Shown one piece after another: positions 10,377 to 19,581 of a DNA stretch of 64,000 nt (positions within the stretch are counted from its first letter, which is position 1; each line of letters starts with the position of its first letter). Both the position numbers and the translations under genes were made by a program. Where the stretch lies: positions 1 through 64,000 of the forward strand of contig JBEKGO010000026.1 of the NCBI GenBank assembly GCA_050012755.1, read 5' to 3'. The stretch is from Candidatus Bathyarchaeia archaeon. GTDB taxonomy: Archaea > Thermoproteota > Bathyarchaeia > Bathyarchaeales > Bathycorpusculaceae. The notes below the pieces were generated by a model. That model was not told where the DNA came from. It ran no database searches and worked only from the letters and a program-made list of their open reading frames with translations.

Positions 10377-10836
10377 TCATGCGCATCGCATCGCGGGTGC
10401 CTTCGTGCTCGTACTTATAATATTGTTTGATCTGTTCCTTTAGCGTATATCCGGCTTTTTGGTAAAGTTTCAATGCTACTTTGTTGCCCTCTGAGACCTC
10501 CAACTGGGACCAGCGTTTTCCGCGCTTTCGCATATCATCCTCAGCGAATTTCAACAGCCTTAAGCCTATGCCTGATTTGGTGCAAGCTGGGTCTACATCA
10601 ATGGTTTCGACGTGACCGATTAAGCTGTGCTGGCGATAAATTAATATTATGAATCCTCTTATCGCTCCTTCGCAGCTTTCTACGAAGGTAGCACTGTTAG
10701 CACGCAAAATAAGGTACGCTAATTGACGTTTAGAGTAGGCAATAGATCCAGAAAAACACTTTTGTTCAATTTCCAAAATAACATTTAAATCGCTGCCGCT
10801 GGCTGGCCTGATGGTTGAGCGATGGCTTGTTTCCAT
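10363..10836 (-). CDS. RimI-like GNAT N-acetyltransferase
   Basis: IDVDP...GIG, LEVSEGN, LYQKAGY, YY motifs. Confidence 0.85.
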   Translation of the reverse strand: METSHRSTIRPASGSDLNVILEIEQKCFSGSIAYSKRQLAYLILRANSATFVESCEGAIRGFIILIYRQHSLIGHVETIDVDPACTKSGIGLRLLKFAEDDMRKRGKRWSQLEVSEGNKVALKLYQKAGYTLKEQIKQYYKYEHEGTRDAMRMIKAL

Positions 10837-11348
10837 GTTTCTCAGTACTGTAAGAAGTGTCTAATAAAACGATGGCTTAACTGTCTTTCTTCCAACGGAA
10901 GCGGTGCGCGACTGCATCGCTTTTTGGTGTTCCCCACACAAACACCTGACAATTTCAAAGATAGCAAACAAATCATGAAAAATCAAACCAATTACCACTA
11001 ACTAACCACAACAGTTGAAAACCTAATGTGTTTCTTCTTAAAACGCTGACAAGAAAGTCACAGTTCACGGCAATAAAGAGAAATCAAGGCAAAAGAATAC
11101 CTTATTAACTAAAAACAGCCGAACAGCAGCTTATACAGCAAAGTTTGCTCATTATTCTTATGCTGTTGAGACGCTGTTAAGGAGCTTGAATGACTGAAAT
11201 AAATTATGTACCGGATTCAGAATTTAATAAGCAGTTAGATAATTGTTGGAATCTGATCAAACCAGCGGGCATCTCTTTTTCTTAATCGCAAAATTTTTAA
11301 AGAAAGTGAACTTCATATAACGCAGAGATTACAGGAGAATCAAAAGAA

Positions 11349-12161
11349 ATGAAGAAATCATTCGTCGTTGTTTTTGGCATGATTATCCTATGCATTCTAT
11401 TGATGGTCCCAATTGCCTACGCAATTAATTCAGCATACTCATATACTGATTACGAAGCTACATCAACGCATGTCGAAGATGGAAAATGGACTACACCTGA
11501 TGAGTGGACTGATGCAATGACCATTTCACCCCTTGTGTCTGGTTTTAGTTGGAGAGCTTCATGGACATATCCTAGCGATATTGTGCAACACTTCATAATC
11601 GAAGATCTCACTGATACCACCAATGATACGGGCGACATCGTTAATGTTTGCTATGACACTGCAGCAAGCGGTGGCGCTGCACCTCAACCAGCCGATTTCA
11701 AAATAGAGCTAGTGGGGGACAGAACTTCAGGGCTATCGTTATACAGGGGCAATGGAACAGGATGGGCGAAATTCACTGGCTGGACAGCAACCGATGCCGC
11801 TGTAGGCGTTTCATTTAGTGCATCTCCGTTGAGCAGCACCCCACACTTGATTGTCGAATTCATGGTAGACAAAAGCACCATCGCTGATGTGTCAGGGTCA
11901 GGATATCAACCGGGGATTTATGTGTCCGCATATGACGCAAGTAACAGTGCAGCAGGAGTCTTATCTTGGCCTCCAGCGCCAGGTGCATCTGCAAATGTTC
12001 CTGACAGTTGGGGCTTGGAAATGGGTACCACATCGACTATTCCAGAGAGTCTGACAATTGGGGCTGTTGCCTTATTGTCTATCGTTGCAATCGCAGTAAG
12101 CTTCTACTTATTACCGAAGCGGCCAAAACTGAGAATCAAAACGACAGGGAAAATAGAATAA
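11349..12161 (+). CDS. Secreted protein with IPE-type (PEF-CTERM-like) C-terminal sorting signal
   Basis: Signal peptide; TIPES followed by TM helix and basic tail. Confidence 0.7.
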   Translation: MKKSFVVVFGMIILCILLMVPIAYAINSAYSYTDYEATSTHVEDGKWTTPDEWTDAMTISPLVSGFSWRASWTYPSDIVQHFIIEDLTDTTNDTGDIVNVCYDTAASGGAAPQPADFKIELVGDRTSGLSLYRGNGTGWAKFTGWTATDAAVGVSFSASPLSSTPHLIVEFMVDKSTIADVSGSGYQPGIYVSAYDASNSAAGVLSWPPAPGASANVPDSWGLEMGTTSTIPESLTIGAVALLSIVAIAVSFYLLPKRPKLRIKTTGKIE

Positions 12162-12349
12162 ATAGCTCAGACCCAAACGCGTTTGAGCAAATCTCTTACC
12201 CTTTTTTTAAACTTGCCTGTGGCTTGTTTGCAAACTACTCATGGGTGTTAGGGCGATTTACCTACCTAAATGGCGAAACCATTTGCAGATACCTCCATTT
12301 TTTTGAGCCAAAAGAACTCAACGAAACATAATCAAAGACGTGAGACACC

Positions 12350-12544
12350 ATGGAAAAAAATAATTGGTTGCCAGAATGTGGCGGTCAAAGAGCTTACAGA
12401 GATGAGATACGGCATACCCGTATTGGAGAAATTCAACGTTATCTATGCAGTGAATGTGGCGAAAGTTTTCATAACGAAAACTACAACAACTTCTTTTTTA
12501 GTTCAACAAGTGTACCGGGATTTGAACCTTGCTCAGGCCGGTGA
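12350..12544 (+). pseudogene. Relic of integrase N-terminal zinc ribbon
   Basis: PECGGQRAYRD...IQRYLCSECG resembles CPRCGSKKVWRD...IQRWLCRDC of the integrase at 61835; it ends in a tRNA-like scar at 12509-12528. Confidence 0.55.
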
Positions 12545-12932
12545 TTTCACTCGCAACCCTCCTTTTCTCAGAGATATTGGGCGAATGTGCCATGCATGGA
12601 ACAAAAAATAGTTAATTGCCCCTGCCGTGATCGAGACTATAGTTTTTCCTGGTGACAACAGATGTGAATTGTTCCGTGAGCAGCATGTTTTTTGATGATT
12701 TCTGAAAATGGATTAGAATTGCTCTGATGCTTGAATTACAGTCATGTTCTCGCTTTGTTTTCAAAAAAATTGAACAATCAATCAACAGCTTTGTTGCGGC
12801 AAATTTAGGAACTTATAAACATTTTCCCGTATTTGTCCAAAATTATAAATACGTTAGCTTTGATATAATCGCCTGAACGGAAGAGAGAGCTTGCTTAGAA
12901 AGCTTGCAATCCGTTTAACAAAATTAAGGAAA

Positions 12933-15590
12933 ATGAAAAAAATGATTAAAAACAAAATCTTAACAGTTGCTACAATATTTCTGCTATTTGCTATGACATC
13001 TACACTGGCACTAAATCAAAGTGCACTTGCACAAATTACCTTCCCAAAAGGCACACAAGTACCAACATACGCCTTCATCAACGTAGCTCCAAACCCAATT
13101 GGCATCGGCCAAACGGTGAACGTTAACTTCTTCGTATCCTGCCCCATGGAAAACAGTGAAACCCCAAAAAATATGACCGTGGTGATGACAGATCCAAATG
13201 GTCAGAACACAACCTTCGGACCATACGTTGGTGACACTACAGGAGGCACATTCTTCAACTACGTTCCAAGCAAGGTCGGTAATTACACGTTCCAATTCTA
13301 CTATGGCGGACAAAGCTTGACAGGCTCAGGATGGACGGGAGTCCTCGAAATGCCAAGCGTAAGCAAACCATTCCACCTAGTTGTCCAACAAAACCCAATC
13401 GTTCAGACTACATACCCGATTACGCCTCTGCCAACTTCTTGGTGGGAGACTCCAATCTCAGCTGAAAACGTACAGCAATGGTACAATATCAGCGGAGACT
13501 GGCTTGGCTTCGGCTCAGTTACCTTCGCTACCACTGGTGTATACAATTCTACTAGCGCCTGTAACCCATACACCGAGTCGCCATTATCCGGGCACGTGAT
13601 ATGGACAAAACAATGGTGCGCTGGTGGTGTCGCTGGTGGTCAAGGTGGCGGAACTGAAGAAGCTGGCTCTTACTGGTCAACAAGACAGTATCAGCCTCAA
13701 TATGCACCAGTTATAATGGACGGGGTAATGTATTCACAGCTGTTCAGCGTTGACATGGGTACCAACATGGGAATGGGCATTCAAGCAGTTAACCTATTCA
13801 CAGGACAAACACTGTACACAATAAACACCACTAACACGCTGCGTTGCGGCATGGTCATGCGATACCACAATATCAACCAATATGGTGCGCTTGGTCCATT
13901 CCTATGGACTAACGGTGCTCTCCCTCCATCAGACACAGGCGGCAGCCAAGTCGTAAGTACAGGAACACAATGGAACATGTGGGATGCGTTCACTGGAAAA
14001 TACATCATGAGCATCGTTAATGGCACTGGCTTAACATTAACCCAAGATGACCAAGGAGACTTAATCGGCTACTACGTCAACAGCAGTGCTGGCGTAATGG
14101 TCGTAACCCCCCTTCAAGGAGCGGCGCAAACAGTGACCAATACTGGACCACACATGACTTGCTTCAACATGACAAGAGCAATTGGACAAACCGGTGGTTC
14201 ATGGCAGGTTGGGAGAGATACAGTGCGTGACTTCAGGACTGGAATAATGTGGGATGCACCAGTACCAACAAGTATCGCCGGAGTAGCTATTAGCCCAGCT
14301 CTTTCGCTTAACGCATTAACTGGCAATTCAGCGGTGCTAACTACTGGTCTTGTTCACATGCAAGGCGGCGGAGATGAACAAGCTGGCTGGAACATTATGT
14401 GCAGCCTCAACGTCAACGACGGATCACTACAACAATTAATTAACCTAACATACGCTGGCGGTGCAAAATCGTTGTTGCCATTCACCAGGGTGGCTAGAGC
14501 TTTCGGCGACGGATTGTTTGTAATCTCAAACCTTGTTACCTACGATACAGAAGCATGGAATGTCGCAACAGGCACTAAAGTTTGGACAACAACCCTCAAG
14601 ACTCCATACGGCGACGGAACACCAAACGTCTACGACAACTTCGGCGTTAGCGAAAGATTCGCAAACGGTGTACTATACTTCTATGGCTTAGGCGGCGACA
14701 TCTGGGCATATGGATCAACAAGCGGAAAACTACTGTGGTACACAAACACAACTACTCTCATCGGCAACCCAGGAATTGAAACCCCCTATGACATTTGGCC
14801 ATTATGGGTTTTCAGTTGTACTGGATTTACGAATGATGTAGCATACCTTTGTGTCGGCCACGAATACAACCCGCCTTTGTTCCACGGAGCACAGATGCTA
14901 GCTATCAACGCGACTAATGGGCAACTCATTTGGAGTGAACTAGGCATGTACATCAGGTCTACAGCAATCGCCTACAACATTGCATTATCGCTAAACGGCT
15001 ATGACAACCAAATCTATGCCTTTGGTAAAGGTCCAAGTGCAACTACCGTTTCAGCTCCAAGCGTTGGAGTAACGACAGCTACACCCATAACCATAACCGG
15101 CACAGTGATGGATGTCTCACCAGGCGCTCAACAAGATGCAGTAGCACGGAACTATGCGAACGGACTCCCATGCGTCTCTGACGCAAGCGAGAGCCGCTTT
15201 ATGGAAACCGTCTACCAGCAACAACCATTGCCATACAACGTAACAGGCGTTCCAGTGACAATTAGTGTTCTTGACTCTAACAACAACTTCAGGACAATCG
15301 GCACAGCCACAAGCACTGTCTACGGCACCTACAGTCTAACATGGACACCGGACATTCCAGGAGCATTCACTGTCATCGCGAGCTTTGCCGGATCAAACTC
15401 CTACTATTCATCTTCAGCTTCTACAGCCTTCTACGCCAGTGCCCCACCAGCAACGCCCACCCCAGCAGTCACAGCTCAAGCAAACCTTGCAACTACATCA
15501 GATCTCATGCTATACATAGTCGGTGCAGCAATTGCCATAATCATTGCAATCGCCATAGTCGGCGTCTTAATGCTTAGAAAACGACCGTAA
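12933..15590 (+). CDS. Cell-surface PQQ-like beta-propeller repeat protein (paralog of 2938-5514)
   Basis: Same architecture: TYAFI..PNPIGIGQT, H.YNPPLF.G, C-terminal TM then LRKRP; ATG at 12933 preferred over TTG at 12891. Confidence 0.85.
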   Translation: MKKMIKNKILTVATIFLLFAMTSTLALNQSALAQITFPKGTQVPTYAFINVAPNPIGIGQTVNVNFFVSCPMENSETPKNMTVVMTDPNGQNTTFGPYVGDTTGGTFFNYVPSKVGNYTFQFYYGGQSLTGSGWTGVLEMPSVSKPFHLVVQQNPIVQTTYPITPLPTSWWETPISAENVQQWYNISGDWLGFGSVTFATTGVYNSTSACNPYTESPLSGHVIWTKQWCAGGVAGGQGGGTEEAGSYWSTRQYQPQYAPVIMDGVMYSQLFSVDMGTNMGMGIQAVNLFTGQTLYTINTTNTLRCGMVMRYHNINQYGALGPFLWTNGALPPSDTGGSQVVSTGTQWNMWDAFTGKYIMSIVNGTGLTLTQDDQGDLIGYYVNSSAGVMVVTPLQGAAQTVTNTGPHMTCFNMTRAIGQTGGSWQVGRDTVRDFRTGIMWDAPVPTSIAGVAISPALSLNALTGNSAVLTTGLVHMQGGGDEQAGWNIMCSLNVNDGSLQQLINLTYAGGAKSLLPFTRVARAFGDGLFVISNLVTYDTEAWNVATGTKVWTTTLKTPYGDGTPNVYDNFGVSERFANGVLYFYGLGGDIWAYGSTSGKLLWYTNTTTLIGNPGIETPYDIWPLWVFSCTGFTNDVAYLCVGHEYNPPLFHGAQMLAINATNGQLIWSELGMYIRSTAIAYNIALSLNGYDNQIYAFGKGPSATTVSAPSVGVTTATPITITGTVMDVSPGAQQDAVARNYANGLPCVSDASESRFMETVYQQQPLPYNVTGVPVTISVLDSNNNFRTIGTATSTVYGTYSLTWTPDIPGAFTVIASFAGSNSYYSSSASTAFYASAPPATPTPAVTAQANLATTSDLMLYIVGAAIAIIIAIAIVGVLMLRKRP

Positions 15591-15610
15591 AAACGCGAAA
15601 CCAAAACATC

Positions 15611-15630
15611 CTTTCCCTTTTTTTAGTTTT
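15611..15630 (+). terminator. Oligo-T terminator
   Basis: CTTTCCCTTTTTTTAGTTTT after the stop. Confidence 0.55.
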
Positions 15631-15780
15631 TAAACATCTTCTGAAAACCAAGCAACCAGTGGAAGCTGGGTTTGGCTTCGTTGCGATTTTAACGGAAACA
15701 AAATCTTCAAAATCTGGAAATAAAAACCGCTTAAAATTTTTCTTTAAGAATACTGAGAATGTTATTTTTCTGGTCTTTGA

Positions 15781-15850
15781 ATGGACTCGGGAATTTAGAC
15801 CCCTGCACCAGTGGAGATGTCACCTGAATCACCTCTTTTTCTGCTAAAGG
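15781..15850. repeat. Degenerate ~70-bp repeat, copy 1 (tRNA-3' scar + AGTGGAGATGTCACC + T-tract)
   Basis: Exact 15-mer AGTGGAGATGTCACC at 15810-15824 and 17117-17131, each preceded by a TGGAC..GG.ATTT..ACCC-like segment. Confidence 0.65.
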
Positions 15851-15994
15851 TTTGTCCCAAAATGTTCATATCTTAAAGTGTCAAAATTTGATCCAAAACA
15901 CAAAATCAGAAAATCCTAAGAGAAAGTTCAGTGCAAAGATTATTGAGGAACAAATAACAAAGTTAACCCCAATTGCATAAAGGAGACGAAATTA

Positions 15995-16882
15995 GTGATT
16001 GGCTTATGGCCAGCAAGCGTCTTTGTTTTGATTGCTATTGCATTAATTTACTTCACCCTTTTCCAAATTCTCAAGATTCTTTATCGAAAACATTTCATGT
16101 GGTTTGTCGCTTCCATTATTTTCCTATCTCCTTTCGGTCTCGTCTTGTCTCAAGCTCGCAACTTGCTTGAACTTATGTGGATACTGCTGCTTACACCATT
16201 TTATGGAGTGCTAGTTCTCTGTTTGACCACGACTTGGATAATCCGGTTCTACTGCTTGGTTTTTGCCATCCTTTTGATTGTTCAGTTCCTACTCCAAAAC
16301 AGAAAAGAGAAACATAAACCAAGGAGCTGGGACAATTTTGAAGAGTTTTTAGTGCAGCAAATGAATAAGAACATTTTTTCTGGTGCAAGCGTAGAAACAG
16401 TGGCTAGCAGAGTGGCAAGAAAAGGGCGTATTCTTGCTGAACACTTATGGACGTTTTTGAGCCTTGTTCTGGCAATTATTCTCTTGGTTGCTTTGGCTTC
16501 AACTTTTGTAAGTAGTGCTACCTTAAGAAATCCAACTTATTTTGAAGCCCAGCATTTTGTCTCAACAGATAGAACTGACAACCATCCATATGTTGAGGGA
16601 AGCTACACTTGCGCCAATTTTGCCAGTGACTTTAGACGCAACGCCCAAAGTGCAGGATATGAATGTGGTTACGTGTTCGTGTATTTCCCAGACGAGCAAA
16701 GTCATGTACTTAACTGTTTTAACACAACTGACAATGGGCTTGTCTTTGTGGAACCTCAATGGGACAAGTTTGTTAACGTCACAGTTGGGAAGCCTTATTT
16801 CAATGACAATACCGCACTAGTTTACAATGACACTGTGTTATGGTACTACATAGATTGGCAAGAATCCTCCATGATACCCTGA
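15995..16882 (+). CDS. Membrane protein with C-terminal transglutaminase/papain-like domain
   Basis: N-terminal TM helices; YTCANFA (Cys), SHVLNCF (His) and FVEPQ (Glu) form a triad. Confidence 0.65.
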   Translation: MIGLWPASVFVLIAIALIYFTLFQILKILYRKHFMWFVASIIFLSPFGLVLSQARNLLELMWILLLTPFYGVLVLCLTTTWIIRFYCLVFAILLIVQFLLQNRKEKHKPRSWDNFEEFLVQQMNKNIFSGASVETVASRVARKGRILAEHLWTFLSLVLAIILLVALASTFVSSATLRNPTYFEAQHFVSTDRTDNHPYVEGSYTCANFASDFRRNAQSAGYECGYVFVYFPDEQSHVLNCFNTTDNGLVFVEPQWDKFVNVTVGKPYFNDNTALVYNDTVLWYYIDWQESSMIP

Positions 16883-17087
16883 GCGCAACCATTTTCCAAT
16901 AATTGACAAAACTGCAATATTGCATCTCTGAAAATAGGATAATATGAAATAGACTTCTGTGGGATTTGAACCCAAATTAGGCTAAGTTGAACCTTAACAG
17001 TAGTATGACGTGTTCTTCTGTAAATAAACTCTTGTGCCAATTCGTCCACCGAGGATTTGAACCCCCGCTTGTTTTGACAAAAGAGAG

Positions 17088-17160
17088 TGGACCGAGGGGA
17101 TTTGAACCCAGGCGAAAGTGGAGATGTCACCCGAAAGTTCCCTTTTTTTTGCTGCAAAGT
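17088..17160. repeat. Degenerate ~70-bp repeat, copy 2 (tRNA-Ala 3'-end scar)
   Basis: TGGACCGAGGGGATTTGAACCC at 17088-17109 vs tRNA TGGACCGGGGGGGATTTGAACCC, followed by the 15-mer and T-tract. Confidence 0.7.
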
Positions 17161-17193
17161 AATAAATATTGAATTAACGGTATATGAGCAAGC

Positions 17194-17589
17194 ATGGAAG
17201 GCTCAGAGCAGGTTTTAGATATTATCGAGAGTTTGCAATCTGACGACTTTCGTGATTATAATCTGATCTTGACAACGAGACGAATTGTTCTGATACGCAC
17301 TCGGAGCCTGCGTTTTCCCGAATTAGGGTTGGTAAAGGGCGGATGGTGGGGGTGGGCACCTGACAGCTCGACGTTAGATCATCTATTGCAGAATGATGAG
17401 AACAATTACGCCATAAACTACGCAGAGATAGACGCAATCAAGCTACACAAAGGAGTACTGAGAAGCAAACTCGTTGTGGAGTCAAGAGGTTCTCAAAAAA
17501 TCTTCTTTTTCGATAAAAACTTCGAGAAAATATATACTATGCTTCTTCAAACACCAGCACTTGAGGGGAAAGTTTCCATTTCAAAATAG
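17194..17589 (+). CDS. Hypothetical protein, bacterial PH-domain-like
   Basis: LILTTRRIVLI...INYAEIDAIKLHKG...KLVVE pattern. Confidence 0.55.
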   Translation: MEGSEQVLDIIESLQSDDFRDYNLILTTRRIVLIRTRSLRFPELGLVKGGWWGWAPDSSTLDHLLQNDENNYAINYAEIDAIKLHKGVLRSKLVVESRGSQKIFFFDKNFEKIYTMLLQTPALEGKVSISK

Positions 17590-17700
17590 GTTGTAAAGCA
17601 ACAGCAAATTCTCGAATTTGTCAAAAAAAAATTGCAAATCTAAAACTGAACCCACTTACATTTTCCGTAGTATTGGCCTGGGGATGGGAATTGAACACTT

Positions 17701-18087
17701 TCACCATACTATCTGATTTATTTCCAGTTGTCTTCGTATAACTTGGAATGATATGTCCCAGCCAGTCAGATGATAAATTAATTCCTTAAAATCTGGTAAA
17801 TTCAATTTCGTTTTCTCTTGCTCTTTGATTGTGGTATAGATTGTAGCTATCGGAAACGATTCCACGTTAGGGATAGAGTTTCTTACTTTCTTTGCTAGAC
17901 ATGCTAATTCTTCAGTTTGCATTCTTTCTTTCTTCCTCCAAATAGCGCTTGCCGTTTCTTGCTGTCTCCTCTTATCGCATGACTTATTATATAGTTTTTT
18001 GAAAAATCCAATAACGTTAATTGTCAACTTTAGCAATTTTTGAAAACTCAACTTAACAAGGTGTGTCAAGCTTAGCAAATTTGCCAT
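17701..18087 (-). CDS. Hypothetical protein
   Basis: ORF only; the true start may be internal. Confidence 0.4.
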   Translation of the reverse strand: MANLLSLTHLVKLSFQKLLKLTINVIGFFKKLYNKSCDKRRQQETASAIWRKKERMQTEELACLAKKVRNSIPNVESFPIATIYTTIKEQEKTKLNLPDFKELIYHLTGWDISFQVIRRQLEINQIVW

Positions 18088-18141
18088 TATGCATGGAAGT
18101 CGAAGAGGTATTATTCTAGGTCAAAACAAAATACGTGCCCC

Positions 18142-18234
18142 AAGACAGAAAAGGAAAGCTGCAGATTAATCGAAGCAGACTTTGAATTTGTTTGCGACTT
18201 TAACGGTAACAAACTTTTCCGAAAACGCAAATAG
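18142..18234 (+). pseudogene. C-terminal relic of a related tyrosine integrase
   Basis: Translates to KTEKESCRLIEADFEFVCDFNGNKLFRKRK* vs HSEEEACKLIEAGFEYVCDFGQNKIFRKRK* at the end of 61835-63163, at nearly the same spacing from the att site. Confidence 0.85.
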
Positions 18235-18289
18235 CTAATAAAAAACCTACGTCCAAAAAGGACCGGGGTTTGTTGAAAAGCTGTTGAAG

Positions 18290-18314
18290 TGGACTGGGGG
18301 GGATTTGAACCCCC
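18290..18314 (-). repeat. att direct repeat (displaced tRNA-Ala 3' end)
   Basis: TGGACTGGGGGGGATTTGAACCCCC matches 63221-63245 at 24/25; the preceding TGTTGAAG is also shared. Confidence 0.92.
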
Positions 18315-18416
18315 AATCGGCTGGCGATTACACTGCTTGAGCTATCGCCACTTCTGCTTTTTCTCCGCAGCTTCCATCCCTTTTTCTTCTTTTAGTCAAA
18401 GTAATCAGGAGGTTTC

Positions 18417-18695
18417 TTGATGGATTTTGTTTTTGTTGTTTATCATAATGTTATTGGTGATTCTGGCTCAATTTTTATTTACGCTATCTGCGGCACTGAT
18501 CGTAAAGCGAAGATTGCCAGAGATAAGGCTGCTGGCTTCAAAAAAAATGGGATCTATTATAATGTGGATCCAGAGTCCACTCCATATGCGATTAAAATCA
18601 GGATTTTGGAAGTTGCGATTGACAGACTTTATTCATTAGGCGTCTTGGCCCACGTGCACCATTGCGACTTGAATTCTTTGGGGGTTATTTCTTGA
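18417..18695 (+). CDS. Hypothetical protein
   Basis: ORF preceded by GGAGG; first of a run of tightly packed small genes. Confidence 0.55.
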   Translation: MMDFVFVVYHNVIGDSGSIFIYAICGTDRKAKIARDKAAGFKKNGIYYNVDPESTPYAIKIRILEVAIDRLYSLGVLAHVHHCDLNSLGVIS

Positions 18696-18904
18696 GTGAA
18701 TTTGTGTGTCTGGAAGATGTGGAGACTTTCTGCAGTAAGAAACGGGGGCAGGTCCTGATTACTCTCCGGGCAGCTGAAAAGCCTAGAGGCAGTGTGATCA
18801 CCGGAGAGCCTGAATCCTGCAATTCTGAAAATGGCTGCAGTAAAGGCGCGTTATGTCTTCTAAATTCTGCGAGAATCACAACAGCCAGGAGAAAGTCACA
18901 TTGA
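18692..18904 (+). CDS. Small Cys-rich hypothetical protein
   Basis: Likely TTG start overlapping the previous stop; several Cys residues. Confidence 0.45.
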   Translation: MSEFVCLEDVETFCSKKRGQVLITLRAAEKPRGSVITGEPESCNSENGCSKGALCLLNSARITTARRKSH

Positions 18905-19059
18905 AATTGATTACCCTGTACTTGCCTGAGCTTTACATTAAACAGCTAGATGAGCTTGTGGATGCAAGGTTTTATCCTAATCGGGCGGAAGCGATTCGGC
19001 TGGCTATTCGTGATATGCTTTCTGTTTACTGCAGATTTTGTGCTAAGGAGGTTTCTTAG
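18901..19059 (+). CDS. Ribbon-helix-helix (CopG/NikR-like) regulator
   Basis: LKLITLYLPELYIKQLDELVDARFYPNRAEAIRLAIRDML. Confidence 0.85.
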   Translation: MKLITLYLPELYIKQLDELVDARFYPNRAEAIRLAIRDMLSVYCRFCAKEVS

Positions 19060-19317
19060 TTGGGTAATGAGGCTCAGATTGTCCTGGATCATTATACGTT
19101 TGTTCATGTTGCTAAGCCACATGGCTGCTTTATTTGTGAAGCTCTTATTTCCAAAAAGGATCTTGCGCTAAATGTTACTGGCAAAAACCGCTTTTGGTAT
19201 AGTCGATATTACTGCTCCAGCTGCTGCAGAGCTGTGACTGATGCCATTTCTGACAAGGCGCTGCGGGAGCGACTTCTGGCAGAATTTGAAAAGCTGGTCA
19301 AGGAGGATATTTCTTAA
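19060..19317 (+). CDS. Zinc-finger hypothetical protein
   Basis: CFIC...CSSC motifs, abuts neighbouring genes. Confidence 0.6.
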   Translation: MGNEAQIVLDHYTFVHVAKPHGCFICEALISKKDLALNVTGKNRFWYSRYYCSSCCRAVTDAISDKALRERLLAEFEKLVKEDIS

Positions 19318-19569
19318 ATGCCTGTCTGGCAGCCGCCTTGGGATGTCAATGTGAAGCGGCCTGATGTAATTCAGCCTCCGCATTCTTCAGCTACAAATAA
19401 TAGGCCTGTTGGCTGCTGCGAGTTTCTAGATCACATAGACGATTTTGTCCAGGATGCCGGTTACTGTTCTGATAAGACTTTTTGTCCTAAGCGCATTTTT
19501 TCTGACGTCAAAGTTTTTGTTTTATGCCCGACTCGTCTGGAGAAATTGATGGATAAGGAGCAGAGTTAG
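19318..19569 (+). CDS. Small Cys-rich hypothetical protein
   Basis: ATG directly after the previous stop; GGAGG upstream. Confidence 0.55.
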   Translation: MPVWQPPWDVNVKRPDVIQPPHSSATNNRPVGCCEFLDHIDDFVQDAGYCSDKTFCPKRIFSDVKVFVLCPTRLEKLMDKEQS

Positions 19570-19581
19570 CGAGGTTATTTT

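Noticed and set aside
15781-17700. Additional tRNA genes
   Set aside because: Only T-arm/3' fragments are present; no D-arm or anticodon arm can be folded
18142-18314. SSV/pTN3-type split integrase (int fragments at both att sites)
   Set aside because: The integrase at 61835-63163 is complete and att lies outside it; the left fragment is a diverged duplicate C-terminus, not the missing half
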